From Octopus sinensis (lineage: Eukaryota), in assembly GCF_006345805.1 (NCBI RefSeq), contig NC_043007.1, forward strand, positions 3,720,001 to 3,784,000: a stretch of 64,000 nt of DNA, written 5' to 3'. The first letter of the stretch is position 1; each line of letters opens with the position of its first letter. Below are positions 53,585 through 64,000 of this stretch, in pieces. The translations under genes were made by a program, and so were the position numbers. The notes beneath the pieces are model-generated. The model saw only the letters and a list, made by a program, of their open reading frames with translations, made no database searches and was not told the origin of the DNA.

Positions 53585-54460
53585 AAATGCCCTGATGCAA
53601 TACTAGACAGTGGTTATACCCTGATACAGTACCAGGCAGTGGCTATGCCCTGATGCAGTACCAGGCAGTGGCTCTCGTGGTTTCTGATCTAAAACGATAA
53701 GAAGTGTTATCATGTACATAGTTTTGTCTTGGTATAAAAGATGGGCTACAGCAATTATTCTGCTCAATACCTATTTCTTTACTACCCACAAGGAGCTAAA
53801 CACAGAGAGGACAAACAAAGAGATTAAGTCGATTACATCGACCCCAGTGCGTAACGGGTACTTAATTTATCGGCCCTGAAAGGATGAAAGGCAAAGTTGA
53901 CCTCAGCAGAATTTGAACTCAGAACGTAACGGCAGACAAAATACCGCAAAGCATTTCGTCCAGCATGTTAACGTTTCTGCCAGCTCGCCGCCTTTGCCAG
54001 CTCGCCGCCTTTGCCAGCTCGCCGCCTTTGCCAGCTCGCCGCAGTTGTTTGACCTTAATCAGTTGACCATGTCCCTTAGTGGCTGACGATATGTGTATCT
54101 CTGATCACAAGCAGAAGTAGCAGGGGAGTATCATAGCCATGTGTTGAGAGGAATTCTTAGAGGTTTCAATAATTCCCCTTTGGAAACATGGGTGTTTCAT
54201 TCAACATACTTAAACAAACCTTCTTCAGGGACCTTTTGAACAGGATGGGCTATTCAACCTGAAGAAAATTCTAACTGGGCTTCATCTGCAAGGTCATGTG
54301 CTGTTTACCCTGATATGAGACCACCATGTTACGCATATATGGTTGTGATGCATGTTCCTGGTGTACCCTTATCAGACGGGTAGTCATGATGGGTATACTG
54401 GGCTTCATATATTTTACCCCAGTGTCACTTTGATGGCATGTGCTGCTCTCTCATTCAATA
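53585..54460. mobile_element. Family E repeat interrupted by a - strand SINE A (about 53767-54042)
   Basis: Both flanks align with 32738-33300; the SINE replaces about 14 bp after ctcaatacc. Confidence 0.8.
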
Positions 54461-54475
54461 ATAATAATGATGATG

Positions 54476-54537
<62 letters not shown>

Positions 54538-55079
54538 TTTGGCATGAAACTAGCAGTTTTAGTGGGAGGGTGAGAGTCAATCACATCAACTCCCAGTACT
54601 TAAATGGTACTTTATTTTATCAACCCCAAGTGTATGAAAGTTAAAGTCAGTATTGGTTGGATCTTAATTAAACGAACCAGAAGAAATGCTGCCAAGCATT
54701 TTGCCTGATGCTCTAACGATCTTCTGGCTCGTCACTTTAATTACAATAATCATAATAATAAATAAATAAACCTCACAGCCCTTTATAATCTTCAGCAGCC
54801 CTCCTACCTCCAAGCCTAGAAGCTATTTTATACCACTTTGAAAAATATCTCTGAGGCCCATGTGCACGTGTGTATATGAGTTTGAGAGTTTGTATGAGGG
54901 TGAGTGGGTGGTTTTGAGTATTCAGACAGAGTATGGGGGTGGAAGGGACTCTAAGCTGGGCTAACAATGGTGCAGTTTAACAATGTTGCCTATAGCAGGG
55001 TGGTTTATTACGTCAGATCATTGCCAGGGTGTGTGGTGTGGCTGAACAATAACAAGTTTGATGGATGAGAGAAGCGTTG

Positions 55080-55285
55080 CGCGTGTGTGTTGTTGTTGTC
55101 TGTGCTGTATGGGATTGTGTGTGCACGTGTGTGTGTGTGTGTACTTGTATATGTGTGTGTGTAAATATATATATATACACACACATGCACATACACACAT
55201 ATACAAGTACCAACACACTCACACATTCACACATTGTCTTACCACCACATACAACCACTGACAAAACATACATTCGTTATATGTC

Positions 55286-55320
<35 letters not shown>

Positions 55321-56070
55321 GTGTGTGTGTGTACTTGTGCATGTGTGCATGTATGTATATGTGTGAATGTGTGTAGTTGTATGAGTTTGTAAGTGTGAGT
55401 GTGTATATGTATGTGTGAAGTGCATATGTATAATTACGTGTGTGTCTATATGTATATACTTCCATGTATGTGTGTGCATGTGTGTATGATATGTGTGTGT
55501 ATATATACATATATGTGTGTATACCTGTGTGTGTGTGTGTGCATTGTATATATATATATGCATATGTGTATGCACTTGTGTCTGTGTATGCATACTTGTG
55601 TACATACTGCTTCGTATGTGTGTGCACATATATATGTGTATAAGTGTGTGTGCATGTATATGTGTATAAGTGTGTATACATCTCTATACCCGCTGGTGCA
55701 CGTATGTATGTGCATGTACATGTGTGTATACCTGTGAGTGCACCTGCTCCTACATGTGTACACGTGTATGTGTGTGTACATATATGTGTGTATATATACA
55801 TATATATGCATATATATCTATGTGTGTATATATCTATATGCATATATATTTACGTGTGAATTTGTGTGTCTGTATGCATATATGTGTGTGTGCATGCCTG
55901 AATGCATGCATACAGATATGTGCATGTTTATGTGTGAGTATAAGTATGCGTATGTGAAAGCAATATGTGTACCAGTGGTGTGTTCTAAGTGTGTCTGTAT
56001 ACACACACACATGCACATATATACATGTATATATATATATATATACATACATACATTTATCATTTACATA

Positions 56071-56101
<31 letters not shown>

Positions 56102-56242
56102 AATGTACCTGTGTGGTTACTAGAACTCTTGTGTATGTACACATGAGTGTGTGTGAGTGCATGCAGGTATGTTTACCTGGCTTTTGTACCTCTTTGCATA
56201 TTTGTGTATACCTGTCTCTGTGTATATATGTGTGTGTGTGTG

Positions 56243-56277
<35 letters not shown>

Positions 56278-56300
56278 ATGTGTGTGTGTGTGTGTACGCA
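55080..56300. repeat. Long compound (TG)/(TA) cryptic microsatellite
   Basis: Direct inspection; the source of many spurious ORFs. Confidence 0.9.
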
Positions 56301-56394
56301 TTAAATCAATGATGCTATTACAAGTGCTCACACATCTTAAATATAGAATAAGCTAACAGATGCTAATCTCTCCCCGACCTCAATTATTACTATA

Positions 56395-57160
56395 ACCGCC
56401 ACCACCACCAACACCAACACCACCACCACTGCCGCCAACACCATCGCTACCACTGCCGCCAACACCATCGCTACCACTGCCGCCAACACCATCGCTACCA
56501 CTGCCACCACCATCACCACCACCACCGCCGCTGCCAACACCATCGCTACCACTGCCACCACCACCACCACCACCGCCGTTGCCAACACCATCGCTACCAC
56601 TGCCACCACCACCACCACCACCACCATCAATTCTACAGCACCACCACACACGCACACTCCCATCACCGTTACCATCACTAGCTCATCACTCACACTACCA
56701 CAGGACCTTTCTACCACCACCACTGCCACCATCTCCTTCACTGCCACACCTCTAAAATGAGGATGATGAATGGCCAGCATACTGATGGCTATTATAACCA
56801 CCAACACCACCCTCCTTAATTCTACCACTATGGCCATCACAACCACCACCTGAACCACCACCACTACCATCACCACCATGTCCAGTATTACTATATCCAA
56901 AACAACCAATATGGCAGCCAGTACCACAACATTCACAACTACTACCACAACAGCCATCACTATCTGCACTTTGACCACCCCTTCACTATAGCCACCACTA
57001 CCACTATGGCTGCTGCTACCACCACCACCACTTTCACCACTACTATCACTGTAGCCTCAACTACCAGTATGACCACTACTACCCCCACCAACATTTCTGC
57101 CACCATACCAATATTACACTCACTGCTACTATGGCCATTACTACAATTAATGTGACCACC
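56395..57160. repeat. (ACC)n-derived low-complexity tract with a 24-bp higher-order unit
   Basis: CCACTGCCGCCAACACCATCGCTA at 56426, 56450 and 56474. Confidence 0.85.
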
Positions 57161-57162
57161 AT

Positions 57163-57327
57163 AGGCGCAGGAGTGGCTGTGTGGTAAAGTAGCTTGCTTA
57201 CCAACCACATGGTTCCTGGTTCAGTCCCACTGCATGGCACCTTAGGCAAGTGTCTTCTACTATAGCCTCAAGCTGATTAAAGCCTTGTGAGTGGATCTGG
57301 TAGACGGAAACTGAAAGAAGCCCATCG

Positions 57328-57358
<31 letters not shown>

Positions 57359-57600
57359 TATATACATATATACATATGTATATATGTATGTGTGTGTGTG
57401 TGTGTATGTTTGTGTGTCTGACAACCGATGCTGGTGTGTTTACGTCCCTGTAACTTAGCGTTCGGAAAAAGAGACCAATAGGATAAGTACTAGGCTTACA
57501 AAGAATAAGTGATGGGGTCGATTTGCTTGACTAAAGGCAGTGCTCCAGCATGGCCGCAGTCAAATGACTGAAACAAATAAAAGAATAAAAGAAAAAGAAT
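57163..57600 (+). mobile_element. SINE family B, full length
   Basis: A-box TGGCTGTGTGG, B-box GGTTCAGTCCC, CORE-like segment and tail. Confidence 0.9.
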
Positions 57601-58150
57601 AGATAAACCACAAAGGTCATTATTATCACAATAAAATAAACGATAAACGTTTCCTTCTCGAGCCATGCCAGGCTTGTGAGGGTCAGTTTCTTGGTTTCAG
57701 AGGCGAATATATTCGCCAACTGGACAGGACACTGGTCTCTCACAGGATTCTTCATTTTTGCCAGCTGAGTGGACTGAATCAACGTGAAATGAAGTTCTTT
57801 GTTCAAGAACATAATGCATCACCCAGTCCAGGAATTGAAACCACAATCTTACAATCATGAGTCCAACACCCTAACCACTGAGCCACAAGCCTCCACTTCT
57901 AAAAATCAGTTTTAAGATGAGCACTCAGCCTGCTAGAAATAACTGCTATATCTTTCCCATCACGTCCTTCTGTCTTAAATAAAAAACAGAGCTCTGAACA
58001 ATGTAGTCCTAAATATATACAAAACGATGGGATGGTCATTGCTGGAACATCTGTTCCATCAGGACTGACCTAGGGTTAAGCAACCCTTATTTCTGCTATC
58101 ATTGCCATAATTATAAACTCTGCTAACAAGGGTAACATCTATATTCTTAC

Positions 58151-58243
58151 CAATCTCAAGAACCTGTACATGGTTGCTAGACTTGCTAGAAATAGTAGCC
58201 AACTCTCCCTCAAATAACGCCCTGACATCTTCAAATAAAGAAA
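58151..58243 (-). CDS. Candidate 93-nt symmetric exon (VSLFEDVRALFEGELATISSKSSNHVQVLEI, or FLYLKMSGRYLRESWLLFLASLATMYRFLRL)
   Basis: Branch-like ctaat plus atcag acceptor; strong donor TTG|gtaaga; two frames open. Confidence 0.55.
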
Positions 58244-58678
58244 CTGATATTAGATGCAAAGAAGACTTTGAAATATTACATTTTTTTGTCTTTGACTTGT
58301 TTCATTCGTTAGCCTGTGACCATGCTGGAGCACCACCTTGGCGGGTTTTGTCAAACAGATCAAGCATAGCACTAATCTGTTTTTTTTAAGTCTAGTACTT
58401 ATTTTATTGGCCTCTTTTGCTGAACTGCTAAGTTACAAGAACATAAACAAATCAAGCCAAAATTGCAAAGATAATCTGGAACTCAACTGAGGAAAGAAAA
58501 CTCCAAATGACCCGTCCTTGTTTTCTTTGTATCGTCTATCTGGATGTTTTGTTGTCCCTTTTTTGTATCACCTAACTGTCTGGATGTTTTGCGTTCTTGT
58601 CCCATTTTGTATTTTTTAGATATATTAAAAGAGTAAAAAAGAGTAATATATACTCTGTCGAGTATGAATATACTCGAC

Positions 58679-59497
58679 AGAGTGTAAGTACCTTGAGAGA
58701 AAAGCTGGACCTAAGAAGCATCAGTTGTGGTGTGCAAGAGAGACGTTTGCGCTGGTATGGTCATGTGGCGAGAATGGATGAAGATAGTTGTGTGAAAAAG
58801 TGTCACACCCTAGCGGTTGAGGGAACCTGTGGAAGAGGCAGACCCAGGAAAACCTGGGACGAGGTGGTGAAGCACGACCTTCGAACTTTAGGTCTCACTG
58901 AGGAAATGACTAGAGACCGAGACCTTTGGAAGTATGCTGTGCATGAGAAGACCCGGCAGGACAAGTGAGACCATAACCTGTGGCCTCTACACAGGATGTA
59001 GCCAGTCCACTTATACATACCTTTCCTTCTTGGGACACAAAACTCTACTTGTGAAGACCTGTTGAGGCAAGTGAGAATCGAAATCGATCAACATCAATGG
59101 AAATTGCAGCTGTCATACTAGTGCCGGTGGCACGTAAGAGAGCCATCCGAACGTGGCTGTTGCCAGCGCCGCCCCGACTGGCCTCGTGCTGGTGGCACGT
59201 AAAAAGTACCATCCGTTCGTGGCCGTTGCCAGCCTTGCCTGGCCCCCGTGCAGGTGGCACGTAAAAAGCACCATCCGATCGTGGCCGTTTGCCAGACTCG
59301 TCAGGCACCTGTGCCGGTGGCACGTAAAAAGCACTCACTACACTCACGGAGTGGTTGGCGTTAGGAAGGGCATCCAGCTGTAGAAACATTGCCAGATCAG
59401 ACTGGAGTCTGGTGCAGCCTTCTGGCTTCCCAGATCCCCGGTCGAACCATCCAACCCATGCTAGCATGGAAAGCGGACGCTAAACGATGATGATGAT
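58679..59497 (+). mobile_element. RTE LINE 3' portion with intact ORF2 C-terminus
   Basis: QERRLRWYGHVARMDEDSCVKKC...GRGRPRKTWDEVVKHDL...TRQDK*, four tandem 3'UTR units and (GAT)n. Confidence 0.92.
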
Positions 59498-60741
59498 ATA
59501 TGTATATTCACTGCACCTCCCACCCGACTGCGACTGCCACCACCACCATCATCATCATCATCATCATCAACAACAACAACAATAACTATGACTACCACCT
59601 CCGCCACCACCCAACCACCACCCAACCACCACCTCACCACCACCACCACCACCACCACTAGCTCTATCACTATGACACTATGATCCTTGCTATCTATCAC
59701 TCACTGTCATCATCACCATTAGCAGCAACATCCACAACCACATCTCATTGACTGTTGGTTGTCTTCTAAACAGACACAACATTGCCAAAAGTCAATCAGC
59801 TGCCTCTCCTTTTTCCTCTCATTAATTTCTGGTCATTCCGATTGTCTTTGTTTATCATTTTTTTATTACTTTTATTTTTATTTATTTTATTTATTTTACT
59901 TATTCTTTTCTTAACTTTTTGGCCACAATATTTCTAAGGAAACTCACTTCTAATCTGTTTCATTTGATTTCAAACGTTGACAGAATTTGAGAACATTGAA
60001 CGGAAAAGACAAAAGTGCCAAGCAGTGTTTGGTTACTCTTTTACTCTTTTACTTGTTTCAGTCATTTGACTGCAGCCATGCTGGAGCACCGCCTTTAGTC
60101 GAGCAAATCGACCACAGGATTTATTCTTTGTAAGCCCAGTACTTATTCTATTGGTCTCTTTTTGCCGAACCGCTAAGTTACATGGATATAAACACTCCAG
60201 CATTCAGTTGTCAAGCGATGTTGGGAGGGGTGGGGACAAACACAGACAAACAAACATACATACACATACATACATACATACATATATATATATATATACA
60301 TACACACACCACACACACATACATACATATACATATATACATGAGACAAACTTCCACACAGTTTCTGTTTACCACTTTTGTTTAATGATAAAAGATGCAC
60401 CCTTTTACACTGAAAAAACCCATCTTTGTAAACAATAATTTCGTAATATAATATATTACGACACTTAAATGAACTGTTTACCTACGTACCTACTTAATTA
60501 TCTTCCTACCTTCTAATCTACCTGCCTACCTTTCTATCTACTTTTGTACCTATTAACTAAAATAACCAGTTACCTAATACTTACTTCCTTCTAGTTAATA
60601 GTTGAAATGGAATGGTGTGGCACCCCACAATGATTTCTTTCATTCCAGGCTCCATCTGAGTTAAATAACTGGTCATTAAACCTGTGGTTCTTCTTGTTGT
60701 TGTTGCTTGTTGATTTGTTTGTTTGTTTAGAATGGGATCCG

Positions 60742-61462
60742 CTCTTTTACTCTTTTACTTGTTTCAGTCATTTGACTGTGGCCATGCTGGAGCACCACCT
60801 TTAGTTGAGCAAATCGACCACAGGACTTATTCCTTGTAAGCCTAGTACTTATTCTATCGGTCTCTTTTGCTGAACCGCTAAGTTACGTGGACGTTATCAC
60901 ACCAGTATCGGTTGTCAAGCGATGTTGGAGGGGGGACAAACACAGACACACAAACATTTACACACATATACATAAATATATATTTGTATATTTTTATTCA
61001 TTCTATTTTATCTAGTTTCAGCTCACGAGCTGTGGCCATGCTGGGGCACCGCCATTTGGTGTTGCTACATGATTTTACTTCACGAATGCTTTTTAGCAAT
61101 TGCCATTTGGTGCATGAGAGAGTTTGATGCAGCTGCCCTCATCTGCACCTCCTGCCGTGAAGTTGGTTCATCCGGGACACCTGACAGGAAGAGATCCAGT
61201 TTCATTTTAAAGACATCTGCATCCACCCCATGCAGGTCTCTCAGGTTCTTCAGGAGGATATTGAAGAGCTGTGGGCCTCTGAAGCCCAGGCTATATACAT
61301 ATATATGGCGGGCTTCTTTCAGTTTCCGTCTACAAAATCCACTCACAAGGCTTTGGTCAGCCTGAAGCTATAGTAGAAGACACTTGCCCAAGATGCCACG
61401 CAGTGGGACTGAACCCAGAACCATGTGGTTGATATGCAAGCTACTTACCACACAGCCACTCT
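60742..61462 (-). mobile_element. SINE B split at its microsatellite by a LINE 3' fragment
   Basis: SINE tail at 60742-60960 and SINE head at 61305-61462, with the LINE between them. Confidence 0.8.
60995..61292 (-). mobile_element. CR1/L2-like LINE ORF2 end plus 3'UTR
   Basis: SLGFRGPQLFNIL.KNLRDLHGVDADVFKMKLDLFLSGVPDEP...NSL..Q; 3'UTR ends CAGCTCGTGAGCTGAAACTAGATAAAAT. Confidence 0.8.
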
Positions 61463-61952
61463 ACGTGAATCAATCAAAAAAGGAAAGGCAAAATTCATGA
61501 CCATTTGTTAGAATCTCACAGACTGATGGAAGGAATGGAGACTAGAGTGGAATGTTTGTAACAGATTCCATTCCACTAAAAGCACCAATGGGCTCAGTAG
61601 CAGTTTCAAATATGGGAAGTGAGTTCCGAGTAGCCAAAATATTAATGACTTTATTGTACATTGCGTCAGGTTGTCTGGCTGTTTGGGATTGATGATAGTA
61701 CAGTTGAAAATGTTGCTTGTTTCCCACCAGGGAGCAGAAGGGCAGACGTAGCTCTTATTTCGTTTCACAGAATTAAAAGAATTTAAAAGAATCAAGCAGC
61801 AAATCGTGAAAGATGTTTGATGTTTAGAAGACGTTAGTATTTTGGTTTTCTTTGCGTGTGTGTGTGTGTGTGTTAGGATATAAGCATTGTTTAGTAGTTA
61901 GAAAATATGCTTCATAGCATATATATGTGTATGTGTGTGTGTGTGTGTGTGT

Positions 61953-62010
<58 letters not shown>

Positions 62011-62394
62011 GTGTGTGTTTGTGTTTGTGAATGTCCTCCCAGCATCGCTTGACAACCAATGCTGGTGAGTTTACGTTCCCCTAACTTAGCAGTTCGGCAA
62101 AAGAGACTGATATGTGAAGTACTAGGCTTACAAAAGAATAAGTCCTGGGGTCGATTTGCTTGACTAAAGGCAGTGCTCCAGCATGGCCGCAGTCAAATGA
62201 CTGAAACAAGTAAAAGAATAAAAGGTTAAAAAAGTAAGCAGCCACTACACTCATGGAGTGGTTGGCGTTAGGAAGGGCATCCAGCTGTAGAAACACTGCC
62301 AGATCAAGATTGGAGCCTGGTGCAGCCTTCATGACTTTCCAGACCCTGGTTGAACCGTCCAACCCATGCTAGCATGGAAAACGGACGTTAAATG

Positions 62395-63170
62395 ATGATG
62401 ATGATGATGGTGGCAGTAGTGGTGGTGGTGGTGGGTGGCGGTGGTGGTGGTGGTGGTGGGGGTGGGTGGGGGTGTTTTGGTGGTGGTGGTGGCGGTGGTG
62501 GTGGCAGTGATGGTGGTGGTGGTTGGGGGTATGGTGGTGGTGGTGGTAGGGGTGGTGGTGGTGATGGCGGTGGTGGTGGCAGATGGTGGTGGTGGTGGTG
62601 GTGAGTATGGTTGGTGGCGGTGGGGATGGTGGTGGTGGTGGTGGGTATGGTGGTGGTGGTGGTGGGGGGTATGGTGGGGGTGGTGGTGGTGGTGGGTATG
62701 GTGGTGGTGGTGGTGGTGGTATGGTGGCGGTGGAGGGTGGTGGTGGTGGTGGTGATGGGTGGATTGGTGGTGGTGGGGTGAGTATGGTGGGGTGGCGTTG
62801 ATGGTGGTGGTGGTGGTGGGTATGGTGGTGGTGGGTGTGTTAGGGGTGGTGGTGGTGATGGCGGTGGTGGTGGTGGCGTGATGGTGGTGGTGGTGGTGGG
62901 TTATGGTGGTGGTGGTGGTGGTGGTGGTGGTGGTGGTGGTGGTTGGTGGTGGTGGGTATGGTGGTGGTGGTGGTGGTGGTGGTGGCGATGGTGGTGGTGG
63001 TGGTGGTGAGTATGGTGGTGGCAGTGATGGTGGTGGTGGTGGTGGGTATGGTGGTGGTGGTGGTGGTGGTGGTGGTGGTGGTGGTGGTGGTGGTGGTGGG
63101 TATGGTGGTGGTGGTGGTGGTGGTGGTGGTGGTGGTGGGTATGGTGGTGGTGGTGGTGGTGGTGGTGATG
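62395..63170. repeat. (GGT)n low-complexity expansion with GGGTAT variants
   Basis: Direct inspection; follows an RTE (GAT)n tail. Confidence 0.9.
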
Positions 63171-63264
63171 ATCCATGCTCTGAAATCACCAGACCAGTCC
63201 ATGATATTAAGTAACAGTATATATTACAGACTTATGGCTAAGGGTCTCCATGTTCTGATCTCAC

Positions 63265-63296
63265 CATTCATGCATTCAAGAGTCAGCTCTTCTTGT
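63265..63296 (-). CDS. Candidate 32-nt exon (QEELTLECMN)
   Basis: AG at 63298-63297, donor G|gtgaga; phase 1 out joins the 58243 exon as ...CMN-V-SLFED. Confidence 0.3.
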
Positions 63297-63909
63297 CTAT
63301 TGTTGTGTAACAATACAAGAAATTATTTATGACTATAACACTGACATTCCAATGCTATCGAAATATTCTTATCACTTCCTCTGGTTTTTCATTCTGGCCT
63401 TCGACTGTCTAATCTAAGTCTTGTGTTTATCAATGCAGAAAAAAATGTCAAAGTTATGTGGAAGAACAAAAAAGAAAAAAAAAAGGAAAGGATTAAAAGC
63501 AGTAACTTTTAGATATCTGCTTCACAAAATTGTTATGTTTATTTTTTCTGTTTTTAGTGCAAGTTTTGTTACATAGTTAAGAAGTTGGCAATGCAACCAC
63601 ATGGATCTAGGTTCAATCCCTTGACATGACACCTTGGGCAAGTTATATTTCTCTAAAGCCATAGGTTCGGGAACAAGGGATGGAAGGGATGCAAGAGATC
63701 CAAAAATACCCTTTAGAATTTAGGGCGTCAGGGAAAGGGCAATGAAAATGAGTTCAACTCCCTCTTGTTGAAAAACTGGGTTTGCATCCCTTAAGCAAAC
63801 TTCATTCCTGCATCTATGTCTATGGCATCAGCTGAACCAATGCAACTTAAGTGCTGTTTGGTAAAATTGAGGGTCAACAGAAGTCCACTGTATATATGTT
63901 GTATATATA

Positions 63910-64000
63910 TAGGGGTTGGACAAAATAATGGAAATACCTCAAAATTTCAAACAAATTTATTTTAATATGGGGCAGGATCAACCTTGGCAGTAATTACAGC
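63910..64000 (+). mobile_element. Tc1-like transposon left end (runs off the window)
   Basis: TA then (T/C)AGGGGTTGGACAAAATAATGGAAA, a Tc1-type TIR start. Confidence 0.6.

Noticed and set aside
61500-61800. Unique-looking island with open frames on both strands
   Set aside because: Plausible splice sites on + (gtgagt donor) and open frames on - conflict; strand and frame could not be resolved.
62329-63189. 286-aa Pro/Thr/His-rich extensin-like ORF
   Set aside because: Antisense reading of (GGT)n; it runs into an RTE terminus.

Overview
AT-rich animal genomic DNA, mostly intronic. The repeat families and microsatellite load fit an octopus (coleoid cephalopod) genome; this is an inference. 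Nearly all supplied ORFs are microsatellite or low-complexity artefacts. The window is dominated by mobile DNA: at least four tRNA-headed SINE families, many 3' ends of an RTE-clade LINE, CR1/L2-type LINE remnants, an R4/Dong-type endonuclease remnant inside (TAA)n, mariner/Tc1/Tigger/hAT/piggyBac-type DNA elements, and Penelope-like remnants. Small GT-AG-bounded open segments on the minus strand (about 63.3 kb down to 6.1 kb) suggest exons of one or more unidentified host genes. Best leads: (1) a complete canonical type-I hammerhead ribozyme fold (22674-22766, minus) enclosed by a 49-bp inverted repeat, plus two more degenerate hammerhead motifs; (2) a SINE and a CR1/L2-type LINE sharing a 3' tail with a covarying hairpin; (3) a SINE whose insertions begin at GGTAT, a motif it also carries internally, giving tandem arrays; (4) a three-level nested insertion with intact target duplications; (5) many local fold-back or inverted duplications that would form dsRNA. 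All calls were made by eye with no searches run; repeat boundaries are approximate.
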